This document shows, piece after piece, positions 53,071 through 62,417 of a DNA stretch of 64,000 bases. Source of the DNA: a virus (lineage: Duplodnaviria > Caudoviricetes); IMG/VR virus record IMGVR_UViG_3300022602_000025; one strand, written 5' to 3'. Below the pieces are notes generated by a model that worked only from the letters and a program-made list of their open reading frames with translations, was not told the DNA's origin and did not search any database. The position numbers and the translations under genes are program-made. The number at the start of each line of letters is the position of its first letter. Within the stretch, counting starts at the first letter, position 1.

Positions 53071-53756
53071 TATTAGATAACTGGACACCTTTCTGGAAAA
53101 TAGATAGCGAGGATCATACACGTTGTATGGCACAGCAAACCTACGAACCTTTAATCAATCCAGAACGTACAGTATTCTGTGCAAACTACGATTGGGCTAA
53201 CAAATATCAACGACACGAAGATCCTGTTAGAGAAAAGTATACACAAGAAGTTGTTGATTGGTTTTGGGAAAATGAATTATATCATATTCTTAAGTACCAA
53301 GACAAAGAGTATATGCCTAAGGTAATAGACGTTGATCACGATAAGCGTAGAATATTCTTTAGATGGCAAGGTGAGACCTGTAATGAAATTATATATTCTG
53401 GTCGTAACCTAGATGATTACTGTCCTACATGGCGAGAGCAAATTAAGCATATCTTTGTTGACCTGCATAACGAAGGAACTTATAAATTAACAATGTATCC
53501 TCACTGTCATTACATAGAAGATGGACAGATTAAAGCGATTGATTGGTATGGATGTATTCCTGTAACTAATCCTTTAGTTGATGCAAAGTACATGGATGGC
53601 ATAGTACATGAAACAGCTAAGTTCCGTTTAGCTGAAACAGGCGCACTAATAGATAACAAGTATAATCTAGAAACAATGTTTAAGCGTTCTATGAGCGAAC
53701 ATGTTACTTGGGGCAACCAATCTATGATGTATATCTATAACGAGATATTCAAATGA
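53067..53756 (+). CDS. Protein kinase-like fold protein (atypical active site)
   Basis: NE...., MPKVIDVD, W.EQI..IF.DLH, YKLTMYPH, IKAIDW. Confidence 0.55.
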   Translation: MILDNWTPFWKIDSEDHTRCMAQQTYEPLINPERTVFCANYDWANKYQRHEDPVREKYTQEVVDWFWENELYHILKYQDKEYMPKVIDVDHDKRRIFFRWQGETCNEIIYSGRNLDDYCPTWREQIKHIFVDLHNEGTYKLTMYPHCHYIEDGQIKAIDWYGCIPVTNPLVDAKYMDGIVHETAKFRLAETGALIDNKYNLETMFKRSMSEHVTWGNQSMMYIYNEIFK

Positions 53757-54328
53757 AGTTTATAGCAAACACAGATAATCTTATCAATTGGAATAACGTA
53801 ATTGAGTTATGCCAATCAAGCACTACGGGTGATAAGAATACAGTTAGTTCTGTTGTAGATAGAAGCGAAGCAGAAGCTGTAGGCAATCGCGGATTATTAG
53901 ATTCATATAGAAAAGTAATAGGCACATGGCAACAAGCAGGATACGACCTAAATCAGATAGAATGGTATGATTACTATCCTGGAGAACATTTTGATATCAG
54001 TGTACAAGATACGTTTGCTAAACTAATAGGTGCAGAACCGTTGCGTGTGTTTGTTAGTGAAGTATATCCAGGAGTTACTATTCCTTATCATTGGGACGTA
54101 GAAGATAAAGAAGAAGAATGGTTAGCTGAGTACGGTATGCTATATCGATATGTATGTTGTATGGATGTACCTAAACCCGCTAGCGTACTAATGTTCGATA
54201 CTGAAGCACTTACATTAAACACACAAGGCGATATCTACGAATGGAATCATTATAAAGATTTCCATAGTGCTGTTAACGGTAGCGACAGCCCACAATACTA
54301 TTTTCATTTCTTAGGATATAAAAAATGA
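53753..54328 (+). CDS. Asp/Asn beta-hydroxylase-like cupin
   Basis: PG..IPYHWD, GDIYEW..Y..FHSAVN. Confidence 0.7.
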   Translation: MKFIANTDNLINWNNVIELCQSSTTGDKNTVSSVVDRSEAEAVGNRGLLDSYRKVIGTWQQAGYDLNQIEWYDYYPGEHFDISVQDTFAKLIGAEPLRVFVSEVYPGVTIPYHWDVEDKEEEWLAEYGMLYRYVCCMDVPKPASVLMFDTEALTLNTQGDIYEWNHYKDFHSAVNGSDSPQYYFHFLGYKK

Positions 54329-54840
54329 AATACTTAGGTATATGCGATATAATAGATTGGGATAGTGTAATCAAATCACTAGAACATCAAACACCTACAT
54401 ACATTGGACCTAGCCACAAGTTAGGAGATCCTATTCCCGGACTAAGCGAAGTAACAGATATATGGCAACGTGCTAAGTTTGGAGCCAATGCTGAATGGGA
54501 TATGTTTATATCTGGTGATGCTTTTGATATATCTATCGCAGAACAGTTTATGGACTATGTGGGCATAGACAATTATAATACCTGTTGGATCAGTAGAATA
54601 CGTCCAGGTAAGATGGCACCCTGGCATTGGGATGTAAATGATAATGAAGCAGAGCTAGGAGAGTTCCGTAGGTTCCATTGTCATATTGGTAAACCTGTAC
54701 ATGGACATGTATTAGTAGTAGATGATAAATGTTTATACAATCAGCCGCAGGGATCTACTTACGAGTGGAATAGTAGAAAGTCTTGGCATGCAGGAATGAA
54801 TGCAGGACTTACTCCTAAATATCTTTTTAACATTTGGTAA
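54325..54840 (+). CDS. Asp/Asn beta-hydroxylase-like cupin
   Basis: ISRIRPGKMAPWHWD, GHV..V, YEW.....WHAGMN. Confidence 0.75.
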   Translation: MKYLGICDIIDWDSVIKSLEHQTPTYIGPSHKLGDPIPGLSEVTDIWQRAKFGANAEWDMFISGDAFDISIAEQFMDYVGIDNYNTCWISRIRPGKMAPWHWDVNDNEAELGEFRRFHCHIGKPVHGHVLVVDDKCLYNQPQGSTYEWNSRKSWHAGMNAGLTPKYLFNIW

Positions 54841-54843
54841 ATT

Positions 54844-55017
54844 ATGACACCGATTACAGATACATTTTATATTGAAAAGTTTATGGAAATACAACAGCAG
54901 AATGTTGTTATGTATAAACTATTGCTTAAGATAAACGAGTCGCCTAAATTAAAGGAACAAGTTGAATTGGAATTGGGCGTTAACATCTCTGATGTGATTA
55001 AGAATTGCCCTGCGTAA
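54844..55017 (+). CDS. Small hypothetical protein (57 aa)
   Basis: Hand-translated MTPITDTFYIEKFMEIQQQ...IKNCPA; 3 nt after previous stop. Confidence 0.55.
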   Translation: MTPITDTFYIEKFMEIQQQNVVMYKLLLKINESPKLKEQVELELGVNISDVIKNCPA

Positions 55018-55536
55018 TTCGTCTAAGTTTGTAGGCTGATGTGTTTTAGGGCCTAGTTCTTCAAAGTATCCAAGCTGTTCGTATGTTGTATCTAAATCAA
55101 ACTTCACTGTAGATTCTGCTAATAACTTATCGTTATAACGAATAGTACGAACTGCGTTATCTAATATAGCTGTATCAATATCTACTTCATAATCCTCTAC
55201 AACAACATCTGGATCAGTATGCCATCTATCTGTGTATGATGCGATATAAAAACTAGCAATCTGATCTATCTTATTTTCTCTAGTCAGTCTAATCTTATAA
55301 CAATCGCTAGCTAGTATCTTTTGATATATAGGATAGTCGGCAATTTGATCTGGCATAAACTTTACAACATAATTTGATGTTTGCCAATCTTGTTTTAGTT
55401 TTGATAACTTATCTATATCGTAGTGCGGTTCCGAATATCTTTCTAATCCGTACTTGATTGCAAGTGCAGACAATAAAGGAGAACTACCTGTTCTATAGTT
55501 TGCGTAGATCAGTATAGGAAACTTATTGATTTGCAT
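54949..55536 (-). CDS. Sulfotransferase-like protein (Stf0-type P-loop)
   Basis: ILIYANYRTGSS (PAPS 5-PSB-like), EP, I.L.REN..DQ.AS, YE.L. Confidence 0.55.
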   Translation of the reverse strand: MQINKFPILIYANYRTGSSPLLSALAIKYGLERYSEPHYDIDKLSKLKQDWQTSNYVVKFMPDQIADYPIYQKILASDCYKIRLTRENKIDQIASFYIASYTDRWHTDPDVVVEDYEVDIDTAILDNAVRTIRYNDKLLAESTVKFDLDTTYEQLGYFEELGPKTHQPTNLDELRRAILNHIRDVNAQFQFNLFL

Positions 55537-56413
55537 GTTTAGTTAATGGAATGTCTGCCGCGCAGGTACAGAAATTACGATCGCAAACTACTGGTTCGCT
55601 AGGTACGACAAATGTGCCTTCGTAAATGTTACCAAGGCTTCCTCCAACTCTACAAGTTGCCCTGTGTACGTCTCCGTCCCAATTTATCATTAGGCTTTCT
55701 ATACCTGCGTTGCAAGTCCAACCTTTGTATTTGTTAAGATGTAGTTTGATTACATCATTAGCATGTATTATTGTTGTATCATCTATGACAGTATTACCTT
55801 GTACTGTAGATTCTTGTTTCTTAATCCATTTTAAATCATCTGGATGATATCGCATATCGTCAAATAGATCGTGATCACCTTCAGTCCATCTTATTCGTCT
55901 TAGTGTACAAGATATCTGATCAGTTAAGCATCTAGCAAACAATGTATATGCAGATGGCATATGATCGTGATGGCACATAATCTGTGCAATCAATCTTACT
56001 TTAGAATCTTCTTTTAATTTACTTAACGTGCTATAAACTCGTTGCCAATCGTATTCTAAATGTAGACTAAACACATATTGATCAACATTAAGGCTTTGAT
56101 AAAATTCATAAGGTAATGTTCCGTTAGTTGTTACACTGATCCAACTAACTCCTACATGTTTACAGTATTGGATAAGTTCTTTGAACTTAGGATGTACAGT
56201 AGGCTCTCCACCTGTAAAACTTAAACGGATAGGTTTACCTAGTAGTACTAGATTATCCACAGCACCTTTAAGTATTTCTATATCAGTATGCGGGCTTGAG
56301 TTGTCGTGTATGCTAGCTGGACAATAACTACAGTCGTAGTTGCATCTTTTACCTAAGTTCCATTCTACCTTAATAGAATCCTGATGCGGCCAACGACTGG
56401 TTACCTTAAACAT
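55523..56413 (-). CDS. Radical SAM protein with C-terminal Twitch/SPASM domain
   Basis: CNYDCSYC; TGGEPT; CNAG...DG....ATC...CDRNFCTC. Confidence 0.92.
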   Translation of the reverse strand: MFKVTSRWPHQDSIKVEWNLGKRCNYDCSYCPASIHDNSSPHTDIEILKGAVDNLVLLGKPIRLSFTGGEPTVHPKFKELIQYCKHVGVSWISVTTNGTLPYEFYQSLNVDQYVFSLHLEYDWQRVYSTLSKLKEDSKVRLIAQIMCHHDHMPSAYTLFARCLTDQISCTLRRIRWTEGDHDLFDDMRYHPDDLKWIKKQESTVQGNTVIDDTTIIHANDVIKLHLNKYKGWTCNAGIESLMINWDGDVHRATCRVGGSLGNIYEGTFVVPSEPVVCDRNFCTCAADIPLTKHANQ

Positions 56414-57674
56414 ACTTTACAAACTCCGGATTAACCATTTCAAATGTTTTGCTAAGTCGTGAACGATCTAATCGTCTGTTAAACATAATACAGTCTTGCC
56501 ATAGCTCGCTTTGATCACGTGCTTGTAGATAGTTAATGTTGTCTTGTATTTGTCCAAGTGTGTATTCTAATACTTCTGGATTATCCTTGCACATCTTAAA
56601 GTCTTTGACACGTAGGCTTACAGCTTGTAATCTTTCAACAGCTAGCTCACGTAACTCTTTAGGTAATACTTGTGCTGACAACAGCTTAGGATATTCTACA
56701 CGATGTGTATGGAATATAATACCTAAGTCGTTTAAGAAGTACTCTATCATCTTATCTAAGGTTAGTACGTTGCTTACTTGTACAGTAACGGCTCCGACGA
56801 TTCTACGGACATTCGGGATCGTTTGTATCTCTTTAATATTCTGTACAACCTGAGTCCAGTCAGCGTTACCACGTATGTAGTCGTAAACAGACCCAATGCC
56901 ATCAAGGCTGACGTTAACGGCAACTGATCTAAAAGCTGGCCAATATTCATGTATAGTTCTTCCTTTTGAAATTCCTAATGTTGTGCCATTAGTCGCATAC
57001 TTTAATTCTATTTGATGCCCGTAAGGTTTAAGCATATCTAATATACGATAGTGCTGTGGATCCATTAAAGGCTCGCCGCCCGCAAACTCTACTCGTCTAA
57101 AATAGGGCAATAGTTTTTCTAAACTCGCCCACCATTCTGGGCTGTCTTGAAACTTATCAAGAAATGGTTTTTCTTCTAAGTTATGTTGTTCTACGATAGC
57201 ATACATGATGTTACCTTCACGTCTATAGAACTCTTTAACTTCACTCCAGTCGTTCCAGCTTGTGCTATCCATAGGATGACACATTCGACATTTAAGATTA
57301 CACAGGTTGTTTAGTTTAAGTTCCATTGTAGGAATCTCAAACGGCATTGAGTAATCTTCTTTTAGTTTATCTAATGCGTTAGGATATAAGTTAATACGTG
57401 CTTCTGGAATTTTACCTGCGATGTGTCGCATTCGTAAACTCTCTACACCCTGATCCTCTAAACTAAAACAAGGTTCACACTCTGGAGGACGCTCGTTGTT
57501 AAGCACTTGTTTACGAATACGCTTCATTGTAGTGTTATTCCAAATACCTTCTAAAGTATCATCTTGTATAAAGCCAATAGGATGGCTACGACAGCAAGCA
57601 CATATGGCGCCGTCTTCTCTAGTTGCTAACCCCGTGAATGGGTGCATACAAAATGTTTTACTTGTTTTGTTCAA
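56406..57674 (-). CDS. Radical SAM protein with N-terminal Twitch/SPASM domain
   Basis: CMHPF...DG..CACC...CEPC; CNLKCRMC; FAGGEP; probable TTG start at 57674. Confidence 0.9.
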   Translation of the reverse strand: MNKTSKTFCMHPFTGLATREDGAICACCRSHPIGFIQDDTLEGIWNNTTMKRIRKQVLNNERPPECEPCFSLEDQGVESLRMRHIAGKIPEARINLYPNALDKLKEDYSMPFEIPTMELKLNNLCNLKCRMCHPMDSTSWNDWSEVKEFYRREGNIMYAIVEQHNLEEKPFLDKFQDSPEWWASLEKLLPYFRRVEFAGGEPLMDPQHYRILDMLKPYGHQIELKYATNGTTLGISKGRTIHEYWPAFRSVAVNVSLDGIGSVYDYIRGNADWTQVVQNIKEIQTIPNVRRIVGAVTVQVSNVLTLDKMIEYFLNDLGIIFHTHRVEYPKLLSAQVLPKELRELAVERLQAVSLRVKDFKMCKDNPEVLEYTLGQIQDNINYLQARDQSELWQDCIMFNRRLDRSRLSKTFEMVNPEFVKYV

Positions 57675-58389
57675 TCGCCCACTCTCGTTCTTTACACCAG
57701 AAACATTCTCCACATGTTGGAACTACTTGTCCTGGCTTGTATGTTTTATAATCTAATCCTTCAAACTCACCTTCACAACTGCGAGTTATATCAAACAACT
57801 CCATGATATCTAATCTCTTATATTGTGCAACTATCCATGACTTATCAATAAAACGGAAAGGATGACTAGCAACAATATCCATGTGTATCATGTACTCTAG
57901 ATGTTCAGTGTCGGCATTACGTTCAACATTACGTTCCGTCATACCTCCTAGGTCTATATCTCTAGGATTGTGTGTTACAGCATTGTAATAGGCTTTGACA
58001 TTGTACTTGTGACAAAGCCATTCTGCGTATGCTCTTTGTTGTATATTATCTCCGCTGACAAATTTATTGTATTCATCAGGAATACTAGGACCTATGTTAC
58101 CGTACTCTATATCTGGTGCAATGAAATTAACATGCCGTATCATTTTTATTTTTGGAAATCTTACAGACAACCAATTAAAAACTCTCTTGCTATCTTCCTG
58201 TTGCCACGGGCGAGTCTTCCACATCCTAGTATGGCTAATAACGTGTACTAACATATCGTTTGGTATTAGGCTACACAATAGGTAGGCTAGCAAGGCACTA
58301 TCAGCACCTCCACTTAAACTTATAGCAATACTATTCCAGTCTTTATTAAATGGAATACGCACACCGTCTATATCATGAAACATCTGCAT
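57658..58389 (-). CDS. PP-loop ATPase (QueC/adenine nucleotide alpha-hydrolase-like)
   Basis: ISLSGGADS; HPF....K..I; TRSCE...CGECFWC.ER. Confidence 0.75.
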   Translation of the reverse strand: MQMFHDIDGVRIPFNKDWNSIAISLSGGADSALLAYLLCSLIPNDMLVHVISHTRMWKTRPWQQEDSKRVFNWLSVRFPKIKMIRHVNFIAPDIEYGNIGPSIPDEYNKFVSGDNIQQRAYAEWLCHKYNVKAYYNAVTHNPRDIDLGGMTERNVERNADTEHLEYMIHMDIVASHPFRFIDKSWIVAQYKRLDIMELFDITRSCEGEFEGLDYKTYKPGQVVPTCGECFWCKEREWAIEQNK

Positions 58390-59236
58390 TTTCTAAATAC
58401 CTTATTAACGGACTTACTCCTACAGGCTGTCCATCACGTAGTGCTAGATAGATACTGTTAGTTGGCATGAGATTAAAGTCATAACAAACTTTATAGTAAC
58501 TACGGCTGTGCGTTGTCCATAGGTAATCTACAGGAAACTTTCTAATAAAGTGTAACCCAATCATTGCAGGTGCCCGTAGATTCATACGAAAGTCGTTCAT
58601 GATAGTAATTGAATCAGCTTCAGTATCTCTAGTCCAGCGCAGCCCTATACGATTCCAGCCAAGCCCAAGACCTTTGGAAAGACTAATTCCAAACGAACGT
58701 ATAGCTGGGTGATTGAAATCAAACTCAATATCACGGCAACAGCTAATCCAAGCCCCATCAATGTGTACAGCAATCTGTTTATCCAAACACTCATCTAATA
58801 TATCCTTCATTTGTATATGCGGCGCTCCTGTGCTTGGGAACGGCATAGCAATTATTAATGGTAATCCTTTACGCAAGTATCCTGGGATACTATAAACTAA
58901 ATTTGGATTTAGCCTGCTGTGATATCTATAATCACCTTTTAGTGTTTGTACAGGACCTTTCATATACAAACTATCAATAAACTGTGTACACCCGTTGATA
59001 ATGTCTACACGATTGAATTGATCAAATCCAGATATAGTATTAATTTTACTATCTTTTAACCAATCTGTCATTTCTTTTTTAAAATTGGTGTAGACTGTGT
59101 CTGTAATATCACGATCCATTTTACCAGAAAGTACATCTTGTATTGTTGACTCGATAAGATTGTCAGAAAGTGGTTGAGGTCTTTCAACTTCTAGATATTC
59201 TGCAGAGTATGATGGAGCGATCTTATAGCGTGTCAT
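58373..59236 (-). CDS. PLP-dependent transferase-like protein
   Basis: P.PSTG, VHIDGAW (PLP Asp), SLSKGLG (Schiff-base Lys), RIG; start at 59236 by TAAATA-N5-ATG. Confidence 0.65.
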   Translation of the reverse strand: MTRYKIAPSYSAEYLEVERPQPLSDNLIESTIQDVLSGKMDRDITDTVYTNFKKEMTDWLKDSKINTISGFDQFNRVDIINGCTQFIDSLYMKGPVQTLKGDYRYHSRLNPNLVYSIPGYLRKGLPLIIAMPFPSTGAPHIQMKDILDECLDKQIAVHIDGAWISCCRDIEFDFNHPAIRSFGISLSKGLGLGWNRIGLRWTRDTEADSITIMNDFRMNLRAPAMIGLHFIRKFPVDYLWTTHSRSYYKVCYDFNLMPTNSIYLALRDGQPVGVSPLIRYLENADVS

Positions 59237-59281
59237 GCGAATATTTATGGTCATTATAGTAGCATATAAATATTCGCATGA
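59233..59281. repeat. Perfect 16-bp inverted repeat forming two divergent late promoter plus ATG units
   Basis: TCATGCGAATATTTAT (59233-59248) and ATAAATATTCGCATGA (59266-59281), 17-nt spacer. Confidence 0.9.
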
Positions 59282-60705
59282 ATGACACAGCAAAGGTTTT
59301 TTGGTTACAGCCTGAAGACACACAACTTGGTAAATGGCAAAAACAATTAGCCGATGTTACAGGATCTCAATCGCTGTGTGTCCTACCATGGATACACTTA
59401 GCAACTCGCCCAAATGGTGATATGCGTATATGCTGTGTTGCTAATGCCAGTGGCGCAGACAGTGGTGACTATACTGTTGGCCTAGTTAAAATGGAAGATG
59501 GTAAACCTGCTAACTTTGCACAGGATTTACCAACAGAAGCATTTAACAATGACTACATGAAAAGTGTACGTAAGACAATGCTTGCTGGAGAAGTTCCCGC
59601 CAGCTGTTTAAAATGCTATGAAGAAGAAGCCAAAGGTATTGTAAGCAAACGTGTTTGGGAAACAGGTACATGGCATCTAGAAGAACAGCTAGACATTAAA
59701 GAACTTATTGCAGAAACTGAAGCAGACGGAACTGTTCCTTATAAGTTACAATACTTAGACTTACGCTTAGGACACACCTGTAACTTAAAATGTATTATGT
59801 GTAGTCCACATGATAGTAGCATGTGGGTTCCTGAACATAAGAAAGTCTATCCTATATTCCAAAGTCCGTTAATTAAAAAACAAATGGATTGGACCGCTGA
59901 TGACTTTAATAACAAGTGGCATGAGAATCCTGCGTTCTGGGAACAGATATACGATCAAATTCCTAACATCAAACAGTTATATTTTGCTGGCGGTGAGCCC
60001 TTGCTGATCAAAGAACACAAGATGTTCCTAGAAGAAATAATCCGTCGTGGATTTGCAAACCAAATTAGCCTACGTTACAATACTAATGGTCTTCTACTTA
60101 ATGAAGAAATCATTGAGATATGGACACAGTTTAAAAAAGTTAAAGTTGGATTTAGTTTAGATGGTATGGGCGAGCGCAATCATTACATCCGTTATCCTAG
60201 CGACTGGGCTACTATAGAACAGAACTTGCGTAGATTAGATAACACACCCGACAACATACAAACTAACATAGCACTTGCTGTACAGATCTTAAACATCAAA
60301 CATATTCCAGAGTTTATCAAATGGAAAGTTAAGAGCGACTTTAAAAAGATTAACATGGATACAAACGCATCTGGTCAGATAATGGGCGGCGGACTTGTAG
60401 GAGTACACCTGCTATGGATCCCTACGTGGTTAAGTCTACGTGTATTGCCTAAAGAAGATAAAGCAGAAGTGCGTAAACTATTTGCAGAGTTGCAGGATTG
60501 GTTATGGAAACACTATACACAGGATAAGGAATTCTGGGAAGTTAATCCGTACGGATGGAAACGCTGGGAAAGTATATTAGATTGGATGGATGCTGAGGAT
60601 CATACAAACTTGCTTCCTGACTTTAAAGAATATGTAACAACTATGGATGCACAACGTAAGACCAACTTCAAAGAAACATTTCCAGAGCTAGGGCATCTAA
60701 TATGA
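59278..60705 (+). CDS. Radical SAM protein with N-terminal Twitch/SPASM domain
   Basis: CVLPW...NG...ICC...CLKC; CNLKCIMC; FAGGEP. Confidence 0.92.
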   Translation: MNDTAKVFWLQPEDTQLGKWQKQLADVTGSQSLCVLPWIHLATRPNGDMRICCVANASGADSGDYTVGLVKMEDGKPANFAQDLPTEAFNNDYMKSVRKTMLAGEVPASCLKCYEEEAKGIVSKRVWETGTWHLEEQLDIKELIAETEADGTVPYKLQYLDLRLGHTCNLKCIMCSPHDSSMWVPEHKKVYPIFQSPLIKKQMDWTADDFNNKWHENPAFWEQIYDQIPNIKQLYFAGGEPLLIKEHKMFLEEIIRRGFANQISLRYNTNGLLLNEEIIEIWTQFKKVKVGFSLDGMGERNHYIRYPSDWATIEQNLRRLDNTPDNIQTNIALAVQILNIKHIPEFIKWKVKSDFKKINMDTNASGQIMGGGLVGVHLLWIPTWLSLRVLPKEDKAEVRKLFAELQDWLWKHYTQDKEFWEVNPYGWKRWESILDWMDAEDHTNLLPDFKEYVTTMDAQRKTNFKETFPELGHLI

Positions 60706-61370
60706 TCAACGCAACAATATGGCAATGTCCTCCTGGACTTATAGAACAAGCATTAGCAGAACATCCAATCACAGGTAATCGTATTGTATTGAATAAGCCA
60801 ACAGGCGATTTCTTTTACGACCCTTGGATCATTAGCGATGAGTTTAAAGGAACAGTATGGGAACAAGTATTAGATACATTACCTTATAGTATAGGTGAAG
60901 CTCGTATTATTACTTTAGAGCCCGGAGCGAGTTATATGGCACATGCTGATATTGATAATCGTTGGCATTTAAATTTAACAGGCGAACATTCTTATCTAAT
61001 TGATTTAGATAAAAAAGAAATGTATAAACAACTACAGGATAATCGTTGGAGATATATGTTTGCTAATAGAATACATACAGCCAGTAACTATGGTAGTGTG
61101 CCACGCAGACAATTAGTAGTGCGTGAGCCTTTAAAACATAGCCATCACACTGACCTAGTAGCTGTTGAAATAACTCCAACGTATGATCAGTTTGATTATC
61201 GCTATCAGTTTGACAATCAAATAAGTCCTTGGCTTAATCGTAAGAACCAAGAAGGCACATTAGATAATTTTGTCTACAAAGATACGTTTGTATCGTTTAG
61301 TATAGCAGAACATGTAAAAGATGAATTGTCTGCTTTCGACAGCAAAAGGTTTGATATCAAATATGTCTAA
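60702..61370 (+). CDS. Asp/Asn beta-hydroxylase-like cupin
   Basis: ARII.LEPG.SY.AHADID.RWH, IHTASNYG. Confidence 0.7.
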   Translation: MINATIWQCPPGLIEQALAEHPITGNRIVLNKPTGDFFYDPWIISDEFKGTVWEQVLDTLPYSIGEARIITLEPGASYMAHADIDNRWHLNLTGEHSYLIDLDKKEMYKQLQDNRWRYMFANRIHTASNYGSVPRRQLVVREPLKHSHHTDLVAVEITPTYDQFDYRYQFDNQISPWLNRKNQEGTLDNFVYKDTFVSFSIAEHVKDELSAFDSKRFDIKYV

Positions 61371-61827
61371 GGTTTGTATAACAGGAACAACACGCGGCAT
61401 TGGTAAATCTCTAGCTGAACACTTTAATCAATTAGGGTGGGAAGTTGTAGAGCTTAATCGTGGAGATAAGATAATTGAATCTGCTGTAGGTTGCGACTTG
61501 TTTATCAACAACGCATACATAACAGGACTTCAAATAGATATCTTTAACCAACTGTACGCTAGCGTTGCTAAGATGGTTGTAATGGGCAGCATAGCTTCCG
61601 ATTATCCAGATCCTGAAATGCCCTTGTACAGCATACATAAGAAAGAACTAAAAGAACGTGTGTTAGAAGTTGCTAACAGTTCTGCTACCAAAGCAGACAT
61701 CTTGTTACTACAGCTGACAGGTGAAAGCCACAACAATCCTAAATTGATAACAGACACAATAGACTTTTGGTTAGCCAATCCTACAGTAAACTGTGTAGCA
61801 TTTAATCCCGGAGAACCTAATAGATGA
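61363..61827 (+). CDS. Short-chain dehydrogenase/reductase-like (small)
   Basis: ITGTTRGIG, FINNA, MGS, YSIHK (YxxxK). Confidence 0.8.
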   Translation: MSKVCITGTTRGIGKSLAEHFNQLGWEVVELNRGDKIIESAVGCDLFINNAYITGLQIDIFNQLYASVAKMVVMGSIASDYPDPEMPLYSIHKKELKERVLEVANSSATKADILLLQLTGESHNNPKLITDTIDFWLANPTVNCVAFNPGEPNR

Positions 61828-62417
61828 AAGTTGTAATCACAGGACATACTAGTGGCATTGGTAAATCTATATACGAATACTTCCAATCGTTAGGTAACTG
61901 GGAAGTTGAAGGGCTTAGTCGTAGCAACGGATACGATATTGAAACAGACTTTGACAAGGTAGTAGAAGCTGCAAGTGGCTGTGCATTGTTTATCAATAAC
62001 GCATATCGTGATCAGCAACAGTTAAAGTTACTTAATGCCTTAAAAGATAATGTAAAGAAGATGGTAGTTATGGGTAGTGTTAGTCGCTTCTATCCTGAGA
62101 TTATTCCAACTCAATATGTACACGACAAACAAGAATTAGCAGAAGCCTGCAGACTTGCTAGTATAGATCCTAAGTCTATTCCAATCCTGCATTTAGATTT
62201 AAGTTTTATAGAAGGCACTACTATAGAAGAAAAAGATGAATCAGCGTTTGTTAGCGACAATACAACTAGTCATAAAGACATCGTTGATACTATTGCGTTT
62301 TGGTTGAATCATCCTTCTATTAGGCAAGCTGAGTTTAGATGGAAACTAACACCTTTTGTCTACAGCGAATTTAAACGCATCAATCCCGGATTAGATCCAT
62401 CTAGGATAACGTTCTAG
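61824..62417 (+). CDS. Short-chain dehydrogenase/reductase-like (small)
   Basis: ITGHTSGIG, FINNA, MGS, YVHDK (YxxxK). Confidence 0.8.
   Translation: MKVVITGHTSGIGKSIYEYFQSLGNWEVEGLSRSNGYDIETDFDKVVEAASGCALFINNAYRDQQQLKLLNALKDNVKKMVVMGSVSRFYPEIIPTQYVHDKQELAEACRLASIDPKSIPILHLDLSFIEGTTIEEKDESAFVSDNTTSHKDIVDTIAFWLNHPSIRQAEFRWKLTPFVYSEFKRINPGLDPSRITF

Noticed and set aside
46513-60705. Radical SAM genes as MoaA, NrdG or QueE housekeeping enzymes
   Set aside because: Seven paralogues with Twitch-like clusters in two architectures, and no moaC, nrdD or queD partners in the window
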